A DNA stretch of 48,953 nucleotides from Stegostoma tigrinum (Eukaryota), in contig NC_081396.1 of the NCBI RefSeq assembly GCF_030684315.1, positions 4,402,001-4,450,953 of the forward strand, read 5' to 3'. A program made the translations under genes and the position numbers. The notes beneath the pieces are model-generated. The model had not been told where the DNA came from and searched no databases. It saw only the letters and a list, made by a program, of their open reading frames with translations. Positions within the stretch are counted from its first letter, which is position 1. Every line of letters starts with the position of its first letter. Positions 1-12,039 of this stretch are shown piece by piece.

Positions 1-680
1 CCACGAGCAGTTTGTTGGATTATTTCACCTTCCAACTCTCAGTTAATGCTGGGAGATTGAAGCTGATATTCCCATGGACATGAAGTGATCTGAGGCATCA
101 GGAATTCAAGACTTATCCCAGCTTCATGGGAATCAGAAAACTTTGTGTAGAAGTATGGAAAACGTGAAAAGAGCAGCCAAACCATGTCGGATTTGAATCT
201 GCACTCTGCTGACCTGTCACCTGCGCCATCATCGATTGCATTGGTACCCGACACATATCCAGCTTCCACCTGCTGCAGATTTGTGGTGTGATCGGGAAAA
301 GGAGCATTCACAACGTGAGAAAGAAGCAAGCGTAATAATTGTCACTGTTTCACTTCAATGGTCCCCATTTTGTGAAGTGGTGAATATCACTGGCAAAGGA
401 AACACATTTGTCACAGTCGTCAGTTGTCTGCTTCAGTGTCGGCTCTCTCTGCGAGACGTTTCGATCATTTTATTCAAAGTTTCTTCGCGATTTTATGACT
501 CACCCCCGTGAATCTTATTTCACACTTTGACCGTGGCCTTTTCCAGGTGAGGCCCCAAACAAATTCACCGACAAACGTTTGGTTCTTTGTCGACTGGGCT
601 TTGGAATCAGACAAGTAGAACGACATTTTTATTGGTGCTACCCTTCACTGGAGCTCAGTACCTCAAAGCAGATCCCTCTT
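1..680 (+). pseudogene. Possible decayed multi-Ig receptor paralogue P1 (3' part: last Ig domains + TM remnant), 5' end outside the window
   Basis: ORF 236-511 reads ..ADLWC-DREKEHSQREKEASVIIVTVS (F/G-strand-like), then EVVNIT (EGxNxT-like C2 start) and DVSIILFKVS (E-strand-like). NDIFIGATL near 620-645 resembles the TM starts of P3 and P5. Degenerate, and 370-430 also resembles a common LINE/SINE 3' end. Confidence 0.33.
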
Positions 681-999
681 ACCATCGGCCTGTTTTGCAC
701 CTTGCTAAAATATGTTTGCTGAACATCAGATGTTCACAACTCCTCATTCTTCACAGTGAAATAAGGTGCGATAATATGAACCAGTTCAAAATTAGAGAGA
801 GACACTGTACTGCTGAAGTTGGCTTTGACATCATGAATTGACACAAGTGTGAGTAGAATTTAGTTCGCAAGAGTTTGCCTCGGCAACACTGGTGTTAACT
901 GCCTCGGATTTATAATTTACTTCACCCTTGACTGGACACAACTCCAAGTCGAGAAATAAAGATTTATTGCAAATTATCTGAATGAAAATTAATCCCTCG

Positions 1000-1325
1000 T
1001 AACAAGCAGAACACCCATCCAGAATCCGTTCGAATCAGTCCAATGAGAGTTTACTTCATGACTGAAGGACAATGACAGTAGAAATACGGGAAACTATCAT
1101 CCATCAATCCCCTCAAAGCACTCACCATTTCGAGTTTGAATACATTACTGTTGCTTCACAGCCGCTGGGTCTAAAACCTTAAACACCATATGTAATAGCA
1201 ACAACGTTTTACCTACGGGTCAACGAGTTCAATGGTTCAAGAAAGCCACTCATCACCTCCATATCTAGATTAATTCGGGATGGGCAACAAATCCTATCTC
1301 ATTGATTGACGTCCATATCCGAGAC
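1000..1325 (+). mobile_element. Decayed 3' end of the second LINE family (or derived SINE)
   Basis: ttcaagaaagccactcatcacc...gggatgggcaacaaat resembles the reverse complement of the element end at ~39970-40150. Confidence 0.55.
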
Positions 1326-1512
1326 TTAATTTTCAGAACTTGTCGTTTCTAATCAGAGAAATGTAATTGCAACATGTCCAGAGTCAAAGCCAGGGAGCGA
1401 AATAAAAGTGAAAAACAATGATCACTGGGAGGCATGGCGTAAGAGGAGAGTATGGAGCTGATGGTGCAAGGTTCAGTGTTGGTGCTCATTGAGGCTCACA
1501 TTTCAGTCCCAG

Positions 1513-1563
1513 CCAATTCACCACAATGACATCACAATCCTCTTGTGATGTCCAACTTTGCAT
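1513..1563. promoter_or_regulatory. Cluster of CCAAT box, inverted pair of CRE-like motifs and near-octamer
   Basis: CCAAT 1513-1517. Perfect 10-bp inverted repeat gacatcacaa (1528-1537) / ttgtgatgtc (1543-1552). CTTTGCAT 1556-1563 is a 7/8 octamer match. Confidence 0.25.
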
Positions 1564-2715
1564 ATTAACACAGGTTATGGTCCTCGATAGAATGAACATA
1601 ACCCCTTCTTACCGTTAGTTTTCAGATGAATATTTCAGTTTGAAACCACTTCCAGAGGAGATTGACTACTTCTGTGCATTTCCATTGGATAATATTCATC
1701 TGAGAACTGTCCATAAAAGCAAGAGTTTTGAAATTCTTGCTGAGCAATTTGGAAGGAAAAAAAAACAAAAAATACAATGCGCTACTGTGAACTAGTTGTT
1801 AAAAAAAGAGGGCAAATGGCTGTAGCCAGGCCAAGAGTATTGTGGTGTAGTTGATTAATGCCTTTCCTGGGAAACAGAAAAACCTGTAATCAAGCTCCCG
1901 TTAGGATGTATACCTCAAATTATTGATTCCTTGCGCAAGCTTCTTTCAAATGCCCTGTGTTGAGACAATTTTTTAATGTGAAACGAGACACCTATTGACT
2001 AAATGTGTTTCCTGTATTTCAATGAAACCTATTTTTATTCTCATTTCTGTTGTTTGTATTTGTACCCCATCAAATGTTCATAATTATTTTGCGAACCATC
2101 ACAATTGATTGAATTTTTCCTCATTTTCACAAACCCAAAACTCATATTTATAACTCATTCATTGTCTGCTTGATACGAACAACGAGGAAACTCAAGATAA
2201 AATGCAGAGTGAATTTTGAATTTTATGGTAATGGCACACCGTATGATCTTATCACTCAGTTTTTCTGCCGTCATCATTCATTATTTTGCATAAGCAGCAA
2301 AGAAGTTATTCTATATTTTGCAACTGTTGCAGATTGTTTTTATTTCTGATGGTGATCAATTGCATTCAGAATTCCCAAGATTCACAATTAATTGAGGAAG
2401 TAATGTCTCCTCACATCAGTCCAAATCAACAGGCAATTATCGAGAGAATTTGAAAACAATTCTCAACCACTCCTGGCAGAGGGAGAAAACCTCTCAGCAG
2501 CTCTACTCTCAGCCTATTTACAAATTTCGTACTTCTGAAGGAATAAAAATGGAACGAATTAGAACTTCTTTTAAGTTTGTAAAATTGCATGTTGCATTCT
2601 GATGAGAGAGAAAGTTTGATTTTTTTTCAAAAATTCTGATTCCACAGATCAACTTGATTTCTTTTCCCTCCAGAATTTTAAAGTACGGTTGCATAACTGT
2701 TCAAATTCCAAAAAA

Positions 2716-2832
2716 AGGCCCACTCGATCCAAAATATTAACTCCGTTTTCGAGACACAGATGCTGCCAGACATGCTGAGTTTCTTCAGATAATTTAGGTT
2801 TTGCATCAAATTTCCAGCATCCACTGTTCTTT
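2716..2832 (+). mobile_element. Degenerate Penelope-type terminal-repeat relic
   Basis: cacagatgctgccagacatgctgagtttcttcag...tttccagcatc matches the reverse complement of 21110-21230. Confidence 0.55.
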
Positions 2833-4008
2833 AATTATATTTCCCTGTATAAAGTATGGGATGACAGATATTCCTTTGACATCTCTTTTGCTTATTTCCT
2901 GTATTTGACATCAATTATAAATTGCATCTTTCTGTTAAATTGGCAGAATGCTGACCTCTTGGCCTCTTTAAAATGATTTTGCCACATATCCGTACCTCCA
3001 TTTCATCACGTTTATATAGCATGGAAAAAGAGGTTTCAGCTCATATTGTTATTGTCGGCCATCAAACATCCATCTGTTCGACACTCAGTTTCCAGCACTT
3101 GACCTGTAGCCCTGTATACTCTGACATTTTAAGCATTCATACAATGATGTTTTCCCTGTTACACTTTCGTCTGGAAAGACGCAACGAATGTGGCTGGATT
3201 GTCAGATGGTCAGACTGTGTTCACTTCCCTTTGGGAATCTGATCTTCATTTCAATCATAGGGAGAGACATACAAACATACTCTTCGACAGTGACAGAGGC
3301 CTTAGGAAAATAACAGCTCCCAGCCCTTCACGTCATCCCTGCATGGCAGGATAGGTTATTCGAGCATTTAAAAGTCAGACAGAACACTTGCCCGACTCAA
3401 TGGAGACATGTGATGGAACGGCAGGGAGATTATTTTGGAGCTGCATGGGACTATTTTCAGACCAGGCTTTGAAGCTCATTGCTATCAAAAAATATATGGC
3501 TGGCCACTTGAAATGTCATATTCATGAAAGAAACGGATAAATTCCTTGAAAATTGGGCCAATGTCGATTTCGTGTCGTTGTGGTTGTGCAGCCTTAATGA
3601 GCAGAGGGGTCCTTTCTGTATTGATGATTGTATGATTTAATGTAGAGTTCCCAGTTATGATCGACGTTGCAGACTTGCACCTCGAATGTGTTTAACAGAG
3701 CTGTTGTGTTATATTGAGCACCCAACAGATGAGACGGATTGTTCAAATTAAATATTCTTGGAATGTGCAAGGCGCTGGAAAGAACTCCCATTCACAATTC
3801 TCCCGTGACACCCACGCCATCTCCAGCCATGCATTGACCTTCACGCTTGTGGAATCTATGCTCACATTGTGAACTAAGCTGTGCTTCAAGTTCATTTGCA
3901 CTCCGTATCGCATGCCCAGCGCTGCCAATAACTCCAGACACATTTCAGCATTCTTAAACTTCACATTATCTCGTTCTCACTCAGTCCCCTGAGTGGAAGT
4001 GACTGCAG

Positions 4009-4670
4009 ATGTTTAGCTGCTCCACACTGCCTATGGTATTTTGCTGGTAATGAAGGTACTCATATTGCTAAAGTGCACACCAACTTCAGTGGATGATCAC
4101 TGGGAGCTGTGATGGGGGAAAATATTTGGCACTTAACCCCAGCACATTTTCTTTTGTCTTCAGAGATGAATGAATGCAGCACATTTTCTAAATCTGCTCC
4201 TGTTCGTGCCTGTAAACAAAAGGAGAATCATCACAGATCAAGATGTCCTGCTGCTTGTCATCTGTACCCATTCGAACTTGAAGCAACAACTGACATTAGT
4301 CGTCTCAAACACGGAGCTCAACATTATTCTCCACAGCAATGTTTGACCTTGTCAGATGAGTCAGGGCACTGATTTAATTAATGTATTCATCAAGTAGATT
4401 TGTGGTGCTATAACATCTCTTCTCACCTCTGGTATTAACATACATTCCTGCAGAGTATGGCCAGACTGAAGTATCAGTACCCATGAACGATTCAGTAAAA
4501 CAGACGGAAGCAGGTATGAGTGGGCCTGAACAAATCGTATTCTATCTTTTTCCATTAAATGATATTTTATTGTTTCATTGATGTTATTCATGTCAGTCCA
4601 CAGCTCCTAACTGAACACCAACACGAACAGAAAGGCGAAAATGTCATATGCGCCGAGAATTTAAAAAAAC
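4009..4670 (+). pseudogene. Possible decayed multi-Ig receptor paralogue P2 (leader, short intron, truncated Ig exon)
   Basis: Leader-like TAYGILLVMK|gtactc (GT at 4056), whose DNA (ctatggtattttg) resembles the P3 leader (ctataggattttg). Strong acceptor ttttcttttgtcttcag|4164. SVKQTEAG-YEW (~4492-4523, DAGxYxC-like), then IDVIHVS..KGENVIC (~4577-4651). Truncated by a LINE remnant. Confidence 0.38.
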
Positions 4671-4699
4671 TGAAGGAAAGAGTCCGATATGCCCTCTTC

Positions 4700-5065
4700 A
4701 CCATCTTGTTCGCCTGTCCTACTGACGTCACCATTCACCCCAATATCATTTTTTTACCAGCCTCAGTACCCTCTCTTTGTGTATTACAAATGGATAGCAT
4801 CATACGTTTTCCAAATTGAATTCCATTTGTCACTTCTTAGCTCACCCATCCAAACCATTGTTGACTTCTCAAAGTCAGCTGGTATCGCCTTCATTGTCCA
4901 CTGCCCTGTCAAATTTAGGTTGTTTCGAAATTTCACAATCAAGCTTCTCATGTTAATTTCAACATCACTAATGAATAATGTGAAGAGCAAGGCACCAAAC
5001 TGGGCCCTATGGAGCACTACTCCATTAAATCAATCAGTTATCAGACATGATGAAAAGTAATTTTC
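4700..5065 (-). mobile_element. Old CR1/L2-type RT remnant
   Basis: ORF 4784-5017 FGALLFTLFISDVE...IVKFRNN..WMGELRSDKWNSIW is a decayed LGPLLFxxFINDL..KFADD region. Confidence 0.7.
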
Positions 5066-5794
5066 CTGTCACTCCTGCATTTTCTTAATTCAATTCATTT
5101 GCAAGCATTCACTGAATTTACAATGGGAAAATCAAACATAAACAGGGAGCAATAACCATTCATGTAGAGTTTGAGAGAAAGTATTTCTGACAATTGTATA
5201 ACAAATCGTTTCATAACCATTGGACCAGTGAATCACGTTCCAACTCATTAATTTTGTTTGAACTGGAATCATTCTTGTGATTCGGAAACTCTGCAAACCC
5301 TCACAGACAGCAGGTCCAGAATGACCATGTCAGAGGCTCTTGAGCAAAACTGTGACATGGGCTGATACATATCCCCCTGAGGGCGAAGAGGGCTCTTTAT
5401 TCTCTGATTCAGCGACTCCAAGTCTCTCAGTTCTCTGCTGGTCTGCACTGCTGTGCTCACGCTTTGCTATAGGATTTTGAAGTGCAAAGGGTTTGATTTA
5501 GACGTTGAATGGATGTATTATGAAATGGCAATTATTTTTGATTTTCAATTTCCAAAGTTGCCCAGGAACTGGTGTATCACGCATCAGACTGTGATTCCAG
5601 ATTGCAAATGTAATAGTCAACTCCAAGATCTGCAAGAAACTGCTGAAATCAGATTCCAGTCTGTGACTAGCAGGGCATTGAAACCTCAGGACACAGAGAT
5701 GTTGTGGTGTTGATTGAGGGTCAGTTCATCCACCCGATCAAGGCGAGAGTTCCTGCTTCAAAAAACGCGTTTCAGGTGCATCAAAAGCATGTTA

Positions 5795-7570
5795 ATAGAA
5801 CATAGAACATAGAACAGTACAGCACAGAACAGGCCCTTCAGCCCACAATGTTGTGCCGACCATTGATCCTCATGTATGCACCCTCAAATTTCTGTGACCA
5901 TATACATGTCCAGCAGTCTCTTAAATGACCCCAATGACCTTGCTTCCACAACTGCTGCTGGCAACGCATTCCATGCTCTCACAACTCTCTGCGGAAAGAA
6001 CCTGCCTCTGACATCCCCTCTATACTTTCCACCAACCAGCTTAAAACTATGACCCCTCGTGCTAGCCATTTCTGCCCTGGGAAATAGTCTCTGGCTATCA
6101 ACTCTATCTATGCCTCTCATTATCTTGTATACCTCAATTCGGTCCCCTCTCCTCCTCCTTTTCTCCAATGAAAAGAGACCGAGTTCAGTCAACCTCTCTT
6201 CATAAGATAAGCCCTCCAGTCCAGGCAGCATCCTGGTAAACCTCCTCTGAACCCTCTCCAAAGCATCCACATCTTTCCTATAATAGGGCGCCCAGAACTG
6301 GACGCAGTATTCCAAGTGCGGTCTAACCAAAGTTTTATAGAGCTGCAACAAGATCTCACGACTCTTAAACTCAATCCCCCTGTTAATGAAAGCCAAAACA
6401 CCATATGCTTTCTTAACAACCCTGTCCACTTGGGTGGCCATTTTAAGGGATCTATGTATCTGCACACCAAGATCCCTCTGTTCCTCCATACTGCCAAGAA
6501 TCCTATCCTTAATCCTGTACTCAGCTTTCAAATTCGACCTTCCAAAATGCATCACCTCGCATTTATCCAGGTTGAACTCCATCTGCCTCCTCTCAGCCCA
6601 TCTCTGCATCCTGTCAATGTCCCGCTGCAGCCTACAACAGCCCTCTACACTGTCAACGACACCTCCAACCTTTGTGTCGTCTGCAAACTTGCTGACCCAA
6701 CCTTCAATTCCCTCATCCAAGTCATTGATAAAAATTACAAACAGTAGAGGCCCAAGGACAGAGCCCTGTGGAACTCCACTCACCACTGACTTCCAGGCAG
6801 AATATTTTCCTTCTACTACCACTCGCTGTCTTCTGTTGGCCAGCCAATTCTGTATCCAAGCAGCTAAGTTCCCCTGTATCCCATTCCTCCTGACCTTCTG
6901 AATAGCCTACCATGGGGAACCTTATCAAATGCCTTACTGAAGTCCAGATACACCACATCCACAGCTCGACCCTCATCAACCTTTCTAGTCACATCCTCAA
7001 AAAACTCCATAAAGTTTGTAAGGCATGACCTACCCCTCACAAAGCCGTGTTGACTGTATTTGATCAAGCCATGCTCTTTCAGATGGTCATAAATCTTATC
7101 CCTCAGAATCCTTTCTAACACCTTGCAGACGACAGACGTGAGACTTACCGGTCTATAATTGCCGGGGATTTCCCTATTTCCTTTCTTGAAGAGAGGAATT
7201 ACATTTGCCTCTCTCCAGTCCTCAGGTACGACTCCAGTGGAGAGCGAGGATGCAAAGATCTTCGCAAGTGGCGAAGCAATTGCATTTCTCGCTTCCCAAA
7301 GCAGCCGAGGACAAATCTGATCCGGGCCTGGCGACTTGTCAATCTTAATGCTTGACAAAATTTTCAGCACATCAGCTTCGTCTATCTCTATCCATTCCAG
7401 CATGCACACCTGCTCTTCAATTTTTTCATTCACTACAAAGTTCGTTTCTTTCGTAACGACAGAAGCAAAAAACTCATTTAGGGCTTCCCCTACCTCCTCA
7501 GGCTCCACACACAAGTTCCCTATGCTATCCCTGATCGGCCCTACTCTTTCTTTGACCATTCTCTTATTCC
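5795..7570 (-). mobile_element. Young 5'-truncated CR1 LINE (RT and 3' end), same family as 27200-31136
   Basis: ORFs 6864-7559 and 5884-6822 are near-identical to the C-terminal part of ORF2 28038-31046, with a 1-nt deletion near 6903. (ATAGAAC)n tail at 5795-5815. Confidence 0.97.
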
Positions 7571-8532
7571 AAGTGTTACTTGCGATTTGCCATTGTGCAT
7601 GCTAAGGATCTGAACACCAAGCAACTGATGGCGCAACAAAATGCCCACTTCAAGAATGTTGAGTAATGATGCAAACACCCTGCATATGGACTGTACATGG
7701 GAGAGGATCCTGAGTGGCTGAGAGAAACGGTAATTTTTACAGTGGTTTAACATGAACCATAAGGATGACCGGATATCAGACTTAGGCACCAAAACTGAAG
7801 TAAATAACTAATAACTGACATTTTGTAGCTATTGTTGGGAGAAACAGCCACTTAAGAATCGGTCTCTTCAGGAATCGTATAAAAGTTCCTTTGCTTGAAG
7901 TCAAGCAATCTGAGCATTTCAAAGACCTGACATTGGTTTAGGCCTCTGAAAACGAAATTGGCCTCCATAAAATATTATCTTCCTCAAGTGGCCTCAGAAA
8001 CAGAATGGACATACAGACATATCCCCACAGACTGAAGAACAGTCATGCATGGAACAAAACGTTATCTCGTGCTAAGAATGAGCAAAAACCATACTTCAGA
8101 CAAAAAATATTCACACACTGGAGGGTCCACGTCATCGAAATTTGAGAGATCATGTCTCTTCATTGTCTTTCAGGTGGGGCAATAAATGAAATTTTGAGGG
8201 AAATAGGAAAGCATTAATTATTGCTCCACTTTTCTCTGAGAAATTTCCTCTCAAAGGAGATGGACAAAAATACATGACCAGGAATTGACACATTTATGTC
8301 AACGGTGACTATGATATTCTACTAATTAACCGTGACCATTTTCAATGATTTGTTTCATAAAATGTGATTACACCAGTTGAAGGCGATGATGTGGAAAAAC
8401 AACAAAACTGCTTTCTCCACCGATGGTATTCAGAGACCTTTGTTGATATTTTGATGGTAGAAACAATAGCTGTGTTTCTCCAGTAGATGGAAGTGAAGAC
8501 TGATAATTCAATCAACATATTAAGGGCTGTTA

Positions 8533-9895
8533 TAGAACAGAGAACAGAGAAAAGTACAGCATAGTACAGGCCCTTCGGCCCACGATGTTGTGCCGAAATT
8601 TGACACTCATTCTAATGTCTATAAAACCTCTACCTCTACCTTAGACTGTCATCCAAAGACCTTACTAATAGATGCTTAAATGCCGCCAATGAGACCGAAT
8701 CCACTACCCTCTCTGAAAGTGCATTCCACGTCCTTCCCACTCTCTGAATAAAGAAATTAGCTCTGACGTCGCCCCTATATCTACCTCCATTCACTATAAA
8801 CCTACGGTGCCGCGTCATAGCTACCTCCACCCTTGGAAAAAGTCCCTGGCTGACGACTCTATCTCTGCCTCTGAACATTTTGTGCACCTCTGCCAAGTCA
8901 CCTCTCATTGTTCGTCGTTCTGAAGAGAAAAACCCGAGCTCTCTCAAACATTCCTTGTGAGATCTTCCCTCCGTGCCAGGAAACATCCTGGTAAATCTAC
9001 TCTCCACCTTTTTCGAACGCTTCCACATCTTTCCTGTTCTGAGGGGACCAGAACTGGACACAATGCTTCAAATGTGGCCGATTCAAACTTTTGTGTAGCT
9101 GAGCATTTATTCATCGTTCTTGAAATGAATCCCTCTCTGAATAAAAGCTAGCACACCATTTTTACAAAAAATATTTTACAGCTCTAAACACCTGGCTGGC
9201 CGTTTTCAGGGATCTGTGAACATGAACCCCGAGATTCCTCTGCTCCTCCACACTGACAAAGAATATTTCAATTAACTCTGTATTCTGTTTTTAAGTGTGT
9301 CCATCCAAAATGATTCACTTCACACTTTTCAAGGTTAAACTGCATCAACCACTTTTCAGCCAAGATCTGCACTCAATCAATGTCCCTTTCGAACTGAGAA
9401 TAGCCATCCACGCTGTCCACAACGTGACCCATTTTTGTATCATCCGTGATATTGTTATTCCAAACTTCCACTCTTTCATCCAAATCATTTACAAAAATCA
9501 CAAATAGGGCAGTACCCAGGGAAGATCCTTCGAGTACACCACTTGTAACTGAGAACTTTTTTCAATATTTTTCAGTTCCCGACCATTCTTTGTCTACTGA
9601 GAGTCAGCCAATTCTGAAACCAATCGGCCACATGTCCCCCTATCCCATCCCTCCATAACTTCTGCATGGGCCTTCCATGGGGAACCTTATGCAATGCCTG
9701 AATTTAATACATGTATATCACGTGGTCGACATTCACCCACATGCTTGGTCATCTCTTTAAATAATTCAATAACTTTTGTCTGGCTTGATCTACCCAACAC
9801 AAATCCACAATGACGATCACGAATCAAACTGTGTGTTTCCAAGTGATCATAAATCCTGACTCTCAGAGCCCTTTCTACTAATTTTCCCACCACTG
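8533..9895 (-). mobile_element. 5'-truncated CR1 LINE, older subfamily
   Basis: ORFs 9687-9893 (VGKLVERALRVRIYDHLE..GRS) and 8636-9061 (RFTRMFPG..RGDL..WNAL). The 3' UTR ends in an agaac-type tail. Confidence 0.93.
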
Positions 9896-10029
9896 GTGTT
9901 ATGACGCTATGTTGGAAACTATGAGACTTGATTCTGCGTTTTCATGGTTGGGTCACGATCACTGAAATATAACAGCACTCGATATTGTTGGAAAACATGG
10001 TATCAAGTTCGAATCGCATCAACTACGAC

Positions 10030-12000
10030 TCAAACATAGACTTCAGATGTAGAATGGAGGAAAGCAATGAAAAGGAAAAGAAGACACTGATGGCAAATAT
10101 TTATTCAGAGATAGATATATTTACAAAGAACATCAGAGAAAGCTCTGACGAGAATCAAGAGGGAAAAAGACATTACATCAATCATCGCCAAATTAAATCT
10201 TCACATGAATAGACAAAGTCACAACAGCAACGTCATTCATGAAGAAGAATTCATCGGCTGTGTGTGCAACAGATTCCTCGAACAATAGGATATGGATCCA
10301 GCCTAGAATCTTAATATGATTGATCTGATAATGTGCAATGACGCAGGCATAATAAATGATGGCAGACTCAAAGATTTGATTGTAACAATAAAATTTAACA
10401 TTCAGTTTGAGAGACAGAATTTATGTGTTGGAAGCAAGATTATATAGGAGGAATTTCAAAGAAATGAGGGCTGTGTTGCTGGAATGGATTTGGAAACGAC
10501 CTTAGCAGCAACGATATATGAAGAGGAAGGGCAGAAGTTTCAGAAAATTATTTCATAGTTCACAGCAAAGATATAACCCAGTGAGAAGGAAGGATTATAG
10601 AAAGGAGACAAGTTATTGTGGATGAGGAGGGAAGTTAAAGGCAGCAAAAAAATAAATTTAAAAAAACATGAAAAGTGATGAGTATTGTTGGTAAGAAGAG
10701 TATTCGGGAATATTAGAGAACTATCAAAACGTAAACAGAAATTAATGATGCAGGAGAAGGTAAACATTTTAAGCAAAGTTATAGTTAACGTTAAAAGGAA
10801 CGGAAGATGCTTCCTTAAATGTGTAGAATGAAAAGAAAGGCCAATTTGAACAAAGGGCCCACTTCAGTGAAGTTGGAAAAGAACGTTTGTGAACCAAAAT
10901 GAGGTTGATCAGCTCAATAAGTAGTGTGCATATGCATTCACCGCAACATTCCAAAAATACTAAACACAGAATTGCGAAAAAAAACGATGAACCAATATAA
11001 CAAATTTCACGGGGACAAAGGGCAGAGGAGTTAATAGGCCTAAATATGGTTAACTGAACGACAACTGATGAGATCCAATTGAGGATAGAAAAATAAATAA
11101 CAACAGAAGAGTTAAATGTACTGGTTTTAACTTTCCAATGAACATTAAATTTCAGGAAAGACCCAGAAGATTGCATAAAACCTTTATTTAAATAAAATGG
11201 ACAGCAAAATCAGAGGTGACTGAGGTCATTTTGTTTAACATCACTTACTGAACAAATGGTGTCGTCCACCATGAAGAATATTACAACAGAACGTTTAAAA
11301 AGTACATGGCATAATCAAAAAGACTGAAAATACTTTTATGAAAGCAAAGTCTTGCCTGATAAATCACGTGGAATCATTTGATAGCATAAAAGTACAAAAT
11401 AAGGAGGGATCACGACTCGTAACATGCTGAGGTTTTCCGAAGGCATTGTACAAGGCGCCACATGAAAGAAAGCTTCATTAGATAAGAGGCCGTGGCTTTG
11501 CAGGTAGTGCATTAGCGAGGACAGGGGATTGGTGAAATCAAAGTAGAAAGACTTTTGGATGAAGAGATTTGTTTGACAGGATGTCAACCTCTAAGTAATG
11601 TAACATCACATGAATCAGTATAGAGTGCACAAATATTTGAAATAAACAACAATGAATCGGACGTGAAAGCTCAATGTACTGTCGGAAACAAACAAAACAA
11701 AAAAACAGCAGAAACGTTCAATATTGTGTATGACACAAAAGGTTTGCTGAGGGATACAGACAGGACAAGAAAGTCAGCAAAATGAACTTGGCATATTAAT
11801 GCAAAGTTAATGAAATAATTGAGAATAGATGGAATAAGCGAGGTTATGCAGCTGACAGCAAATATTGAGTAGCTGCATCTGATATAAATTTTAAAAAAGA
11901 CAGAAATCAACATGAGAGATTTGGGAGTCCTATTCCTGGAATCTCAAAAAATCTCACTTTTAATTTCGCAATTAATAAGGAGAGCAAACTTGGTGTTGTG
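10030..12000 (+). mobile_element. Heavily decayed CR1 ORF2
   Basis: KKTLMANIY (endonuclease-like, ~10080), aaagtcttgcctgataaatc (KSCLxN), ttccgaaggcattgtacaaggcgccacat (FxKAFDKVPH-like), in CR1 order. Confidence 0.75.
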
Positions 12001-12039
12001 TTTTCTTTCATATCTAATGTAACATTGACAGTAGGACCA

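Larger units (their letters stand above)
5411..9921 (+). pseudogene. Decayed multi-Ig (about four domains) + TM receptor paralogue P3, interrupted by two CR1 insertions
   Basis: Leader-like DSKSLSSLLVCTAVLTLCY (5414-5470) and a 67-nt GT-AG intron (5491-5557). Exon: VAQELVY/QTVIPDC..KARVPASKNAF..HV|TCDLPL (in frame once CR1 5795-7578 is removed), QATDGATKC, ETVIFTV (~7725), TEWTYRH..YLVLR..DKKYSH..FERSCLFIVFQV (8000-8176), FEGNRKAL..CS..RWTKI (8193-8272), ETIAV..NSINILRAV|MTLCWK (in frame once CR1 8533-9900 is removed). Many stops and frameshifts. Confidence 0.55.

Noticed and set aside
2415-2535. Minus-strand exon-like block with a strong acceptor
   Set aside because: Stops in all frames and no partner exons.
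3594-3964. Possible CR1 ORF1 remnant (VNAWLE, minus strand) or another Ig exon (plus strand)
   Set aside because: Both readings are weak and conflict, so it is left uncalled.
5269-5460. Minus ORF with YQPM motif as a cytoplasmic exon
   Set aside because: Weak acceptor, and it overlaps the proposed plus-strand leader of P3.
5453-5713. ORF LKCKGFDLDVEWMYY...LKPQDTEMLWC resembles a shark VH segment
   Set aside because: No FR2 (WVRQ..LEW) and no RSS after the second Cys. The middle is better explained as a 67-nt intron. Disfavoured, not excluded.
9985-10212. ORF with NIYSEI as an ITIM-like tail for P3
   Set aside because: Not a strict ITIM, and the sequence fits a decayed CR1 endonuclease (KKTLM..IY).
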